The position numbers were made by a program, and so were the translations under genes. A stretch of DNA of 50,139 bases from Promethearchaeota archaeon (GTDB taxonomy: Archaea > Asgardarchaeota > Lokiarchaeia > Sigyniarchaeales > SOKP01), in the NCBI GenBank assembly GCA_048941285.1, contig JBHLNS010000023.1:1-50139 (forward strand). Direction: 5' to 3'. The notes beneath the pieces are model-generated. The model did not search any database. It saw only the letters and a list, made by a program, of their open reading frames with translations, and was not told the origin of the DNA. Of the stretch, positions 30,721 to 40,868 are shown piece after piece. Every line of letters begins with the position of its first letter. Positions within the stretch are counted from its first letter, which is position 1.

Positions 30721-31239
30721 TTAATTTTTGAGGGTGATAATAAATACTGATAAAATATCATCCTCATCAATATTTAAAGTAATTACTGTAGGTCTTGCCA
30801 CAGGCTTCATAAATCCGGGTTTTTCCTGAGGAGCTTTTGGTTCAGTTGGAGATCCTGGATTTAAAAGAAGTAGATTTTTATCAGTTCCTTTAATCAGAGG
30901 TTGATGAGTATGTCCAAAAATTAGAATACGTAAATCATGCTTTTTAGCAAAATCCTCAACTTTATCAGGAAGTATATGAATCACACCAATATTATATTGG
31001 CCTATTGAAAATTTGATAAAATTTTCTAAATGATTGATTTTATCAAGATTTCCTTTAACACATCTAGTTGGTGCGATTCTTTTTAACTCATCTAAAAAGA
31101 ATTTTTGGCAAACATCTCCAACATGGACAATTTCATCAACATCCTTAAAAGCTTCTTTGAGTTGGTTTAATAATTTAGAGATTTTCTCTTTTCCATAATC
31201 ATTTGTGATATGTGTATCAGAGATTATCCCTAGTTTCAT
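30721..31239 (-). CDS. YfcE/MJ0936/Vps29-family metallophosphoesterase
   Basis: ISDTH, HVGD, VKGNLD, FGHTH, NPGS. Confidence 0.92.
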   Translation of the reverse strand: MKLGIISDTHITNDYGKEKISKLLNQLKEAFKDVDEIVHVGDVCQKFFLDELKRIAPTRCVKGNLDKINHLENFIKFSIGQYNIGVIHILPDKVEDFAKKHDLRILIFGHTHQPLIKGTDKNLLLLNPGSPTEPKAPQEKPGFMKPVARPTVITLNIDEDDILSVFIITLKN

Positions 31240-31254
31240 TAATCTAGCACTCCT

Positions 31255-32331
31255 CTAAATTGTTATCATAAAACTCATTATAAAAATTATCATTGCTATT
31301 ACAATATCAATAAAAACCCGAAAAACTATATCTCCTTTTGTCTCTTCAATAGTATTATCTCGTCTAAAATATTCTTTAAGCATACTTAATCCAATTGAGA
31401 GCCCTTCTTTTATTTGAGAATAATACCATACAAATAATATACATCCGATAATAATTAAAGGATAGTATAGATAAAATCCTACAATTATAAAATTATTTCC
31501 TTGTAAGAAACTCCAAATGGCATGAGCAGAGATAATATTATTCAGGGCATGCGCTATTATAGCAGGAATTATCCATTTTCTTCTAATTACCAATAAAGAA
31601 AGAATTATCCCAATAAAAAATGCTTCGGCAAACCAAATAATTGGATACCAAAAAGGATAAGCCCTACTCACTGGATCTATGAAATAAGCAAAATGCCCTA
31701 ATCCAAAACAAAGTGCTGATATTATCACTGCTGAGTATTTAAAAAAGAATTCACTTCCTCTTTTAGTAATTATTCCTCTAAAGATAGTTTCCTCAGAGAC
31801 TCCTACTGAAAACTGAATTACTATTGCCGAGATAAGAAATAAGAAATAATTATTTTCTTCTAAATAAACTTTATTTATAAGATTGGAAGTAAAAGTTTCT
31901 GCTTGATATTCAAGCATCCTAGGTACTAATAAATATGTAAAGAAACTGATAGGTAAGAAGACAAGGAAAAATATTAATATACCGTACAAGATTTGATATT
32001 TATAATTCTTTTTAGTTATTTTATATAATTTTAAATGTCCAATTGCCGCTGAAATATCTTCTTCTATAATTAAATCTCTTTTTTGAGGTTCAAAAATTAA
32101 GTTAAAAACATATAACACACCGGGTACCGCGACTAATATTACTATTGCTCTAACCAAATAGAATAATGTGCCATAAAGTATAGAGCTATCATCAATAAAT
32201 AGAGGAATTACGAAGAATGGGATCAATAATAACCCAAATACGATAATAAATACCCAAACTAATTCATATATGAAAAAACGGAATCTCTTACCAGCAATCT
32301 GTTTCTTCCTATTTTGGCTTATTCGTTTCAT
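31255..32331 (-). CDS. CPBP (Abi/Rce1-type) intramembrane glutamic protease
   Basis: Multi-TM; EETIFRG, FGLGH, AHALNN. Confidence 0.9.
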   Translation of the reverse strand: MKRISQNRKKQIAGKRFRFFIYELVWVFIIVFGLLLIPFFVIPLFIDDSSILYGTLFYLVRAIVILVAVPGVLYVFNLIFEPQKRDLIIEEDISAAIGHLKLYKITKKNYKYQILYGILIFFLVFLPISFFTYLLVPRMLEYQAETFTSNLINKVYLEENNYFLFLISAIVIQFSVGVSEETIFRGIITKRGSEFFFKYSAVIISALCFGLGHFAYFIDPVSRAYPFWYPIIWFAEAFFIGIILSLLVIRRKWIIPAIIAHALNNIISAHAIWSFLQGNNFIIVGFYLYYPLIIIGCILFVWYYSQIKEGLSIGLSMLKEYFRRDNTIEETKGDIVFRVFIDIVIAMIIFIMSFMITI

Positions 32332-32442
32332 CGAAAATCACATTTCTGATTTGAATAAAAAATTATTGAATTAAAAAATTATAAATCTTGCTATTTAATC
32401 ATGAAAAGACTCCAATAAACATTTTGTTGAGATTATATCATC

Positions 32443-33624
32443 CTATTTGTACATGAAGGATCCAAATTCTGATTTTATTTCTAATGAATTCTTGTCTTTT
32501 CGATGAGATTTCTCACAATATCCAATTATTTTGGAATCAATTTCATATTTTTTAGCAATTTTCATAATCTCTGAAGCTATAGACTCATTGCATAGAATTT
32601 CCATCCTATGTCCCATATTGAAAACACGAAACATCTCTTTCCATTGAGTTTCAGATGATCTTTGAATTAATTCAAATATTTTTGGAATTTTAAAAAGATT
32701 ATTTTTAACATAATTTATTCCCTCTCCAAAATTTATAGTTTTTGTTTGACCTCCTCCTGTATTATGTATAATCCCATGAATATCTTTTCTATATTTCTCA
32801 ACAACTTCCCTTATAATTGGAGCATAAGTTCTTGTAGGTGATAATAAAGCTTTTCCTATAGATAAATTGAGTTCATCAATTTTTTCTGTTAATTTATACT
32901 TACCAAAGAAAATAAATTTCTCATCAAGATTTTGATCATAACATTCTGGATATTTATCGTAATATTCATGTGAAAGTAGACCATGTCTAGCTAATGTTAA
33001 TCCATTACTTCCAATTCCACTATTATATTCACCTTCATAAGAAGCCTTACCATAACTAGCTAATCCAATTATGATATCATCAGATTTAATGTTGTTTGCA
33101 TCGATAACATCCTCCCTTTTCATTGTTGTGAAAGCAGAAGCATCTACTACAAGGGTTTTCACTATATCTCCAATATCCGCAGTTTCCCCACCACACATCT
33201 TTATATTCAAGCCCAGTGATTTTAATTTTTCACTATACTCATAATACTCTTTAATTATTGTTCCTACAACGTCTCCATTTATATGTCGACGATTTCTTCC
33301 TAAATTATTCGAAAAGAAAATATTCCCTGTTGCCCCTACGCACAAAATATCATCGAGATTCATAACCATAGCATCCCTAACAATACCTTTAAAAACCGAA
33401 ATATCCCCAGTTTCTCTATAATACATATACGCTAAGCTAGCTTTTGTACCAGCTCCGTCAGAATGAAAAACGGAACAGTAATCCTTTCTATCATCAATAT
33501 CTTCTATAACTCGACAAAAAGCACCTGGAAATAACCCTTTATCAATTGATTTAAGAGCTTTATGGACGTCTTCTTTCTTTGATGAAACACCTAAAGTATT
33601 ATATAAATTTTCATCTTCTGACAT
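32443..33624 (-). CDS. purM: AIR synthase (phosphoribosylformylglycinamidine cyclo-ligase), long variant
   Basis: GVSSKKEDVH, DGAGTK, MNLDD..CVGA, GGETAD, GSNGLT.ARH, LLSPTRTY, FNMGHRME; downstream of purB. Confidence 0.9.
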   Translation of the reverse strand: MSEDENLYNTLGVSSKKEDVHKALKSIDKGLFPGAFCRVIEDIDDRKDYCSVFHSDGAGTKASLAYMYYRETGDISVFKGIVRDAMVMNLDDILCVGATGNIFFSNNLGRNRRHINGDVVGTIIKEYYEYSEKLKSLGLNIKMCGGETADIGDIVKTLVVDASAFTTMKREDVIDANNIKSDDIIIGLASYGKASYEGEYNSGIGSNGLTLARHGLLSHEYYDKYPECYDQNLDEKFIFFGKYKLTEKIDELNLSIGKALLSPTRTYAPIIREVVEKYRKDIHGIIHNTGGGQTKTINFGEGINYVKNNLFKIPKIFELIQRSSETQWKEMFRVFNMGHRMEILCNESIASEIMKIAKKYEIDSKIIGYCEKSHRKDKNSLEIKSEFGSFMYK

Positions 33625-33636
33625 CTAAACCAAGGT

Positions 33637-34995
33637 TTAAAAATTATATTTAGCTTTTAGAAATTTTGTTAAATTATCTACTTGTTTAACAGCTGTACCA
33701 ATATATTTATGCGGATCAAAAAAATTCTTTAATTCCTCTTTCGAAAATTTTTCCATAATTTGTTTATTACCAATTAAGATCTCACTCATATTTATTTTTT
33801 CTTTTCGAGCTTTAATTGATGCTTTTCTTAAGATTTCATGCCCTTCTTGCCTTCCTATTCCTCTATCAACTAAATGAACCATAATTTTTTCAGTAAGACA
33901 AGCGCCTTTAGTAAGATTAAGATTTTCTTCAATTTTTAATTCGTCAAATTCTAAGCCTTGTAAATTTTGGGTTAATTGCTTAATCATATAATCCAATAAT
34001 ATAAAATTTTCAGCAAATATTATTCTCTCAGAAGCAGAATTTGTGATATCTCTTTCATCTTCGAGTATTATGTTATCTAATGCAACATTAACGTGTGATT
34101 TTAAAATTCTAGCCAAACTACATATCCTTTCTGATTTATGGGGATTTCTCTTGTGAGGCATTGTTGAACTTCCCACTTGAAGGTTCTTAAAAGGTTCAAA
34201 AATTTCTGCAATTTCATTTCTTTGTAAAATTCGGTTCTGCCTTGCTATTTTTGCCAATGTTTGGCCAATTAAAGCAGTTAAAAAAATGACTTCAGCATGC
34301 CTATCTCTCTGGATTATTTGATTTGCAATAAGGACAGGATTTAAGTCAAGTTTTTTCATTACCAATTCCTGAATTTCAATTCCTCTTACACCAAAACTAG
34401 CCATTGTTCCTACAGCACCAGACATTTTACCAAAAGATATTCTATTTTTGATCTCAGAGATTCTTTCTAAATGTCTATTTACTTCATATGCCCATACACC
34501 AAATCTCATTCCGTAAGTAGTGGGAATTGCATGCTGACCATGAGTTCTACCTATGCAAACTAGGCTTTTTTTTTGTTCTGCGAGATCAACTAAAACCTTC
34601 AATAAATCTAGTAGGGTATCATAAAGATAATTTAAAGCTTCTTTTAATTGTAAAGCAGTAGCAGTATCTTCAATATCATAACTTGTCGCTCCTAAGTGGA
34701 CATATTTACTTGCGTTTTCTTTACATTGTTCCGCTAATGCTTTAACCATTGCCATTAAATCATGATGAATTTCTTCATCTATTTCTTTTACTCTTTCTAA
34801 TTTTACATAATTTAAATTCGCCTTTCTACTAATTTCATCTGCAGCTTTATGCGGAATATTTCCTAATTCGGCATGGACTTGCGCTAATGCGACTTCAACT
34901 TTCAGCCAATTTTCTAATTTCACTTCTTCAGTAAAAAATTTTGCTATCTCAGTCCTATATCGCGTTTCTATTGGATGAATAAATTTGTGATCCAT
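33637..34995 (-). CDS. purB: Adenylosuccinate lyase
   Basis: HHD, HLGATSYD, GRTHGQHA.P, GSSTMPHKRNP..SE. Confidence 0.97.
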   Translation of the reverse strand: MDHKFIHPIETRYRTEIAKFFTEEVKLENWLKVEVALAQVHAELGNIPHKAADEISRKANLNYVKLERVKEIDEEIHHDLMAMVKALAEQCKENASKYVHLGATSYDIEDTATALQLKEALNYLYDTLLDLLKVLVDLAEQKKSLVCIGRTHGQHAIPTTYGMRFGVWAYEVNRHLERISEIKNRISFGKMSGAVGTMASFGVRGIEIQELVMKKLDLNPVLIANQIIQRDRHAEVIFLTALIGQTLAKIARQNRILQRNEIAEIFEPFKNLQVGSSTMPHKRNPHKSERICSLARILKSHVNVALDNIILEDERDITNSASERIIFAENFILLDYMIKQLTQNLQGLEFDELKIEENLNLTKGACLTEKIMVHLVDRGIGRQEGHEILRKASIKARKEKINMSEILIGNKQIMEKFSKEELKNFFDPHKYIGTAVKQVDNLTKFLKAKYNF

Positions 34996-35301
34996 ATTTC
35001 CTTCTATTTTAATTTAATCTTAATTAAAATAATGTATCACTATGAAATATATCTTATTTTATTAGAGTTAAAATAATTTAATTTTACTAAGATCATATAA
35101 TTTTAAAAATCAAAATATATAAGTGAACTCTCGGAATCAAAATATCGAGACAACAAATATGACTTTTTTTAAAATAAATAACTTTTAGTTTACAATTAAC
35201 ATAGAAGCCTGTTTAATGAAGTATTAATTCTTATAAGCGAGAAATCATTAAATCGCTTGGCAGCTTAAAGTTAAAATATATTATCAATTACAATTATCTG
35301 T

Positions 35302-35499
35302 ATGATTAATGGGCAAAAATACTTCTTTTTTAGGTGTTACAATTGTGGAGAATGGTATTATACTAACAAAATTATTAAATTAAAAAAATGTTGGAAATGT
35401 AACCATTCTTTTTTGTTCAAGAATTCAGCAAAATTTTCACAGATTTGTTCAATTAAGGATGCAATCTCAATTGTTAAGAAGTTAAAGAGTAGAAATTAA
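35302..35499 (+). CDS. Small Zn-ribbon protein (DUF1922-like)
   Basis: 65 aa; FRCYNCG.W.Y...KKCWKC. Confidence 0.7.
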   Translation: MINGQKYFFFRCYNCGEWYYTNKIIKLKKCWKCNHSFLFKNSAKFSQICSIKDAISIVKKLKSRN

Positions 35500-35572
35500 T
35501 AAAAAAGAAACATATTTAAGATATTCTTCTCTTTTTTTGGTGACATACTTATAATCAATTTTCATTAACATA

Positions 35573-37054
35573 ATGAAGAAGAATTACCCTCAACCAAGAA
35601 ATATGGAAATTTCAGACGATCTAAAACGAATTGATGAAACGTTAATTAATCAGCTTAATCAAATTGCGAAGGAAAAAGTAGAATATTGGGATATCAGAGC
35701 TGAAGTGAATAATGGGACCAGTTTAGACTTCACTAACCAAAAAAGTAAGGAAATATCTTCTTTTGAACTTATTAATTGTGGAATACGAGCTTTCAAAAAT
35801 GGTGGATGGGGATTTTCAGTGCTAAAAGACCTACAAAAAGATTCTATAAAAGTAGGCTTACAAAAAGCAATTAAATTAGCTAGATTAACTGAATCATTAA
35901 CTAAAATCAAGTTTAATATTACTCAAAATGATTTATTGATCAAAAATTATAAGAGTGAGAGTAAAAAGAATGTAGAAAATATCGATATTAGTGATAAAAT
36001 TAACCTTATTAAAAATCATGAAAAAGTAGCTGGAAATTATTCAAAATATATAAAAAATACTCATACACTCTATATGGATGGACATTCTCAAAATTTGTTC
36101 TTAAATTCTTTTGGTAGCAAAATAATTCAAGAATTATCATTTGTACGGTTATTTTGTATGGTTTATGCTAATAAAAACGGAGCTACCCAAAGTTCAGTTA
36201 ATTCTGTTGCGGGTGTTGGAGGGTATGAAATTGCAGAGACAGATGATGCAAAAGATTTAAGCAGAAAAACTGCTAAAGAGGCAGTGGAATTATTGGATGC
36301 GAAATCTCCAATTGGTGGCAAATTAACTGTTATAGCAGACTCTAAATTGACTGGAACAATAATCCATGAAGCCTTTGGACATGCTTGTGAAGCAGACCTA
36401 GTTTTAAATGATGAAAGCATTTTAAAAGGAATGATTGGAAATAAAGTTGCTTCAGAGCAGGTCACTATTATAGATAATCCCTCAATGGGCCAAGGAAAGC
36501 AATTTAATTTACCATATGATTTATTTGGAAGTTACTTTATCGATGATGAGGGAATTCCTTCACAGAAAACAATAATCATCGAAAATGGAATACTAAAAAA
36601 TTATCTACATAATTTAGAAACCTCCTCAAGAATGGGAGTTCCTCCGAATGGGCATGGTAGAGCATCCACAAGTTCTGAAAGACCTCAAGTACGGATGGGC
36701 TTTACCTACATAGAACCAAAAGACTGGAGTTTAGAAGAAATAATTGAAGAAACAAAAAACGGAATTTTATGTGAGGATTTTCAATATGGATATACTGATC
36801 CAACAACTGGTAATTTCCAATTCAAATGTAGATTTTCACGTATAATTAAAAATGGAGAAGAAAAAGAGATCTCTAGAGATGTTTCCCTTAGCGGTATGAT
36901 TCTTGAAGCATTAAACAAAATATCAGCAATTGGTAACAAATCAACTTTCAACTACTCTGTAGGAATCTGTGGAAAAGGAGGACAACATGTTAGAGTATGT
37001 GATGGAGCGCCCTATATACGAATAGAAGATATTACTGTTGGAGGCTTGAGTTAA
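35573..37054 (+). CDS. tldD: TldD-family metalloprotease subunit
   Basis: HEAFGHACEAD, DDEG, GHGRA, CGKGGQ...G.P. Confidence 0.93.
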   Translation: MKKNYPQPRNMEISDDLKRIDETLINQLNQIAKEKVEYWDIRAEVNNGTSLDFTNQKSKEISSFELINCGIRAFKNGGWGFSVLKDLQKDSIKVGLQKAIKLARLTESLTKIKFNITQNDLLIKNYKSESKKNVENIDISDKINLIKNHEKVAGNYSKYIKNTHTLYMDGHSQNLFLNSFGSKIIQELSFVRLFCMVYANKNGATQSSVNSVAGVGGYEIAETDDAKDLSRKTAKEAVELLDAKSPIGGKLTVIADSKLTGTIIHEAFGHACEADLVLNDESILKGMIGNKVASEQVTIIDNPSMGQGKQFNLPYDLFGSYFIDDEGIPSQKTIIIENGILKNYLHNLETSSRMGVPPNGHGRASTSSERPQVRMGFTYIEPKDWSLEEIIEETKNGILCEDFQYGYTDPTTGNFQFKCRFSRIIKNGEEKEISRDVSLSGMILEALNKISAIGNKSTFNYSVGICGKGGQHVRVCDGAPYIRIEDITVGGLS

Positions 37055-38428
37055 ATGCAGGATTCAGATATTTATTCTATAGCAGATGCTTGTTTCAAGT
37101 TAATTGACAAACAAAATTCAGAGATTAAATGTACAGATATTTACTTTGAAAAGAGTAATTATATTAATATTGAAATTGAAGAAAACTCAATAAAAAATAG
37201 TGAGACTGGAGAAGATAATGGAGTGTCAATAAGGGTTATCAATAAGAAAGGATCACTTGGATTTGCGTATTCAAATAAACTTAATAGAAAGACTGTGGAG
37301 AATTTATGTAAAACAGCAATCAAAATGATGAAAGTTGCGACACCTGATCCCGATTTTAAGAATTTGCCATATGCATTCACAAACTATCCTATCGTTAATG
37401 GTTTATATGATAAGAATTTAAAATATCTACAAATAGAAGATTCTATAAATTATGCTGAAGATTTGATCAGAATTTGTAAAGCTGATGAGATGGCAATTTC
37501 TCAATCTGGTAATTTTGCTTCAGGTTATTCAAAAATATTTATTTCTAATTCTAACGATTTAAATGTATCACGAAAAGAAACTCGTTGTTTAATATCCTCA
37601 AATATAATCGTTAAGGATAAAATTAGCAATGAAACATCTTCTGGATATGAAAGGCAAATAGAAAGAAGTTTACGTAAATTAGATCCTATAAACGTAGCAA
37701 ATCTAGCCCTCCAAGATGCTAAACGCAATCTCAATAGAAGGAAAATTAAAAATATGAAAGCGCCCGTAATTTTAACTCCAAAAGGAACAATAAGTCTAAT
37801 ATTAAGACCGATTGCTGCTGCAATTAATGCTGATACTTTTCAATATAAAAGAAGTTTCCTAGTTGATAAAAGAAATGAGAAAATAGGATCAGATTATTTG
37901 AACATAGAAGACAATGGTTTGATACCTGGTGCTGCGGGTTCTCAGATATTTGATGATGAAGGAGTACCCTGTAAAGATAAGAAGATCTTAGAACGAGGAA
38001 GGTTTCTTAAGGATGGTTTATTGCATAACAGTTATACAGCTGGAAAAGAAGGAGTTGAAAGTACTGGAAATGCATCACGAGGCTCCTATATTTCAATTCC
38101 CGCAATTAGTATTACTAATTTTATTATGAAACCCGGTGATTTCACATTAGAAGATATGATCAAAAACATTAAAAAAGGAATTTTATTGAATTATACAGGA
38201 GATTCTCCTAATATCTCCACAGGTGATTTTTCAGGCTTAATATTACATGGAAATTTAATCCAAGATGGAGAAATAAAGGATCCCTTAAATGAAACAATGA
38301 TAGGTATAAACTTAATGGATTTATTCCAAAATGTTGATGCGGTTTCAAAAGAATATAAAACTTATGGAGCATTTCAAGCTCCATGGGTGAGAATAAAATC
38401 AGTAAATATAATTGGAGGAGTAAATTAA
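37055..38428 (+). CDS. pmbA: PmbA/TldE-family subunit
   Basis: Starts immediately after the tldD stop; FDDEG, STGNA.RG, GDFS; lacks HExxH. Confidence 0.9.
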   Translation: MQDSDIYSIADACFKLIDKQNSEIKCTDIYFEKSNYINIEIEENSIKNSETGEDNGVSIRVINKKGSLGFAYSNKLNRKTVENLCKTAIKMMKVATPDPDFKNLPYAFTNYPIVNGLYDKNLKYLQIEDSINYAEDLIRICKADEMAISQSGNFASGYSKIFISNSNDLNVSRKETRCLISSNIIVKDKISNETSSGYERQIERSLRKLDPINVANLALQDAKRNLNRRKIKNMKAPVILTPKGTISLILRPIAAAINADTFQYKRSFLVDKRNEKIGSDYLNIEDNGLIPGAAGSQIFDDEGVPCKDKKILERGRFLKDGLLHNSYTAGKEGVESTGNASRGSYISIPAISITNFIMKPGDFTLEDMIKNIKKGILLNYTGDSPNISTGDFSGLILHGNLIQDGEIKDPLNETMIGINLMDLFQNVDAVSKEYKTYGAFQAPWVRIKSVNIIGGVN

Positions 38429-38919
38429 CTAGTTATATTTAATCGCAAGTAAGTCATATCAAAATATTCTTCAATCTCATGTTTAATTTGCCATAATTCA
38501 GCAATAATTATCTGATTCTCCCCTACATCCGAAAAAGATATATTATATTCTCCATAAATTTGAACCTCTTTTGGACTTAAAGAAAAATTACCAATGGTTT
38601 GATAAAGCGTTCCATTTGAGCCATTTGAACTTAAAATAGTATCATCATTTCCCTTTTTAATTTTAAATCCAAACATAAATTCTCTATTTAAACGATTTTC
38701 AACAGTAAGAAAAAATGAAACGGTTTCATTTACAGTAGCTTCTTTTTGATAGTTTCCTGCTTCCTGGTTCTCATTTAAAATGCCAACTGTAATATAACCT
38801 GGCTCGGGTATTAATATAAAATATATGATAAATCCTGAAACAACTAATATTCCCAAAATTAGACAAAGTTTTAGCAAATTTTCAAAATGCTCATTGCTAA
38901 TTTTAAAATTGCCTCTCAT
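38425..38919 (-). CDS. DUF1616-like membrane-anchored protein
   Basis: One N-terminal TM, then ILNENQEAGNY and an Ig-like beta region; ATG 38919 overlaps the end of the upstream epimerase gene. Confidence 0.65.
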   Translation of the reverse strand: MRGNFKISNEHFENLLKLCLILGILVVSGFIIYFILIPEPGYITVGILNENQEAGNYQKEATVNETVSFFLTVENRLNREFMFGFKIKKGNDDTILSSNGSNGTLYQTIGNFSLSPKEVQIYGEYNISFSDVGENQIIIAELWQIKHEIEEYFDMTYLRLNITS

Positions 38920-39973
38920 TATCTTTAAACCATGCAATAGTTTTTCTTAATCCTTCTTCAAGTGAAGTTGTTGGTTCCCAGTCAAGTATCTTCTTAGCTT
39001 TTTCTATTATCGGGCATCTATATATAGGATCGTCTATAGGTAATGATTTAAAAACTATTTTTGAATTAGAGTTAGCTAATTCCTTTATAATACGAGCTAG
39101 TTCTAAAATGGTAAACTCTTTATTATTCCCTAAGTTAATGACTTCTCCAATGGCTTCATCTTTAAACACCATTTTGAGTATCCCCTCTATCTCATCTACA
39201 ACATAAATAAAAGACCTAGTCTGAGATCCATCCCCAAATACAGTTATGTCTTCATCATGAAGGGCCTGATATATAAAATTAGGAACAACCCTCCCAAATT
39301 CAGGGCCATGTCGTATTCTAGGGCCCGACGTATTAAAAATCCTAACTATCTTCGTTCTCATTTTATGTTGAAGTTCATAAGCTTTAATAAAAGCTTCTCC
39401 AGCTCGTTTTGATTCATCATAACAACTTCTGGGGCCAACTGGGTTAACATGCCCAAAATAACTTTCTGGTGTCGGAATAGCTTCTTTTGGAGGATTTCCA
39501 TAGACTTCAGATGTACTCGTATAAAAGAAAATGGCATTGTGGAATTTTGCGATTCCTAGGGAATTAAGAGTACCCAAAGTATTACTTCGAAGAATAGATA
39601 TAGGTTCTTTCTGAAATTCAAATGGAGATGCTCTACTTGCCATATGCATAACGATATCAATTTTATTAATATCTCCTATACATATACCTAAAGGGTGATA
39701 ACTCATACCAAAATATATTGGATAGGAAATATCATGATTGATAAACCGAAAGTTTTTTTTCTCCATCAAATGTAATATATTTTTAGGTTTCCCAGATGAT
39801 AAGTTATCTAAACAGATACAGTAAGCTCCCTGTTCAACTAGTACATCACAAACCCAAGAACCAAGAAAACCAGCACCACCAGTCACTAGAATTGTTTTGC
39901 CTTCAAAAGAAATATTATCTTTTTTAATTCTTTTAACTATTTCTTGAATATCTTGGTTAATATCATAGTTCAA
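38903..39973 (-). CDS. UDP-glucuronate decarboxylase-like NAD-dependent epimerase/dehydratase
   Basis: TGGAGFLGS, ASRASP, STSEVYG, VNPVGPRSCYDESKR, RIFNT.GPR, GDGSQTRSF. Confidence 0.92.
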   Translation of the reverse strand: MNYDINQDIQEIVKRIKKDNISFEGKTILVTGGAGFLGSWVCDVLVEQGAYCICLDNLSSGKPKNILHLMEKKNFRFINHDISYPIYFGMSYHPLGICIGDINKIDIVMHMASRASPFEFQKEPISILRSNTLGTLNSLGIAKFHNAIFFYTSTSEVYGNPPKEAIPTPESYFGHVNPVGPRSCYDESKRAGEAFIKAYELQHKMRTKIVRIFNTSGPRIRHGPEFGRVVPNFIYQALHDEDITVFGDGSQTRSFIYVVDEIEGILKMVFKDEAIGEVINLGNNKEFTILELARIIKELANSNSKIVFKSLPIDDPIYRCPIIEKAKKILDWEPTTSLEEGLRKTIAWFKDNERQF

Positions 39974-40149
39974 TTTTCATAACCTTGGTACGTTTTAATA
40001 TAGTACTTTTTATTTATTGTGGTAAATAAATTTTTCTTTCTAATATTAACTGCTTTTTACTATTTAGAGTAAATATCAAATCTGGACTTTTAAATTTTGA
40101 AAATATAGTAATATTTCAAAAATACTGAATAATTAAGTAAAATTAACAT

Positions 40150-40734
40150 TTAATTTGTTTTTGAGCCACAATATTGGCAAAATTTTAGCTCTAATGGATA
40201 GTGCTTCCCACAATTGGAACATTTTTTCAATGAATTTTTGAGAATTTCACGGCCTAACATTTCAAAAGCTTTTTCAACATTTTCACCCGTTTTTGCTGAG
40301 GTGCTTAATATTTCTCCTTGAAATTTATGTTTTTCAAATATTTTCATCGCTTCTTCTTTCTTTATTTTTCTTTTTAAATCCGATTTTGCTTCAATTAAAA
40401 TTTTAGTTTTAGGTGAATTAGGAACAGATGAGATTACGTTTATCCAATCATAAAGATCATTTAGGGATTCGTCATTTGTAACATCATATAGCATTAAAGC
40501 ACCTGAAGCCCCAGATACATAGGAGGGAAATAATAATCGAAATTTCTTTTCTCCAGCAAAATCCCAAATGTTCAATAATATTTCTGTGTCATCAACTATC
40601 ACTTTTTTAGTCTCAAAGTCAACTCCAATTGTAGATAACGTCGATTTCTCGAATTTACCTGTTGCATATCTGCGAATCAAGCTTGTTTTTCCTACATTTT
40701 TAGCGCCAGCAACAACGACTTTAAATTTTATCAT
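40150..40734 (-). CDS. Rab/Ras-like small GTPase with C-terminal Zn ribbon
   Basis: G1 GAKNVGKTS, G2 STIGVDF, G3 WDFAGE, G4 AKSD, G5 TSAK; CSNCG...CQYCG. Confidence 0.93.
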   Translation of the reverse strand: MIKFKVVVAGAKNVGKTSLIRRYATGKFEKSTLSTIGVDFETKKVIVDDTEILLNIWDFAGEKKFRLLFPSYVSGASGALMLYDVTNDESLNDLYDWINVISSVPNSPKTKILIEAKSDLKRKIKKEEAMKIFEKHKFQGEILSTSAKTGENVEKAFEMLGREILKNSLKKCSNCGKHYPLELKFCQYCGSKTN

Positions 40735-40868
40735 ACTTTACATCGCTCGATTTTTTTTAAAACTAGAATCCTTACTCAATTAAAGGCAATAATATTATAA
40801 ATTATTATTGAAAAAATTAAAAATCTTTTTTATTGTTTTAATAAATTAACGATTTTATTATTAGCAAT

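Noticed and set aside
31255-32331. CPBP protease as the CaaX-processing enzyme for the two small GTPases
   Set aside because: The GTPases end in ...CGSKTN and ...SSVIS with no CaaX/CC motif; CPBP proteins are widespread in prokaryotes
35129-35258. Two short hairpins (TCTCG/CGAGA and AAGCGA/TCGCTT) upstream of purB as a possible riboswitch or ncRNA
   Set aside because: Only 5-6 bp stems with large loops and no recognisable RNA motif
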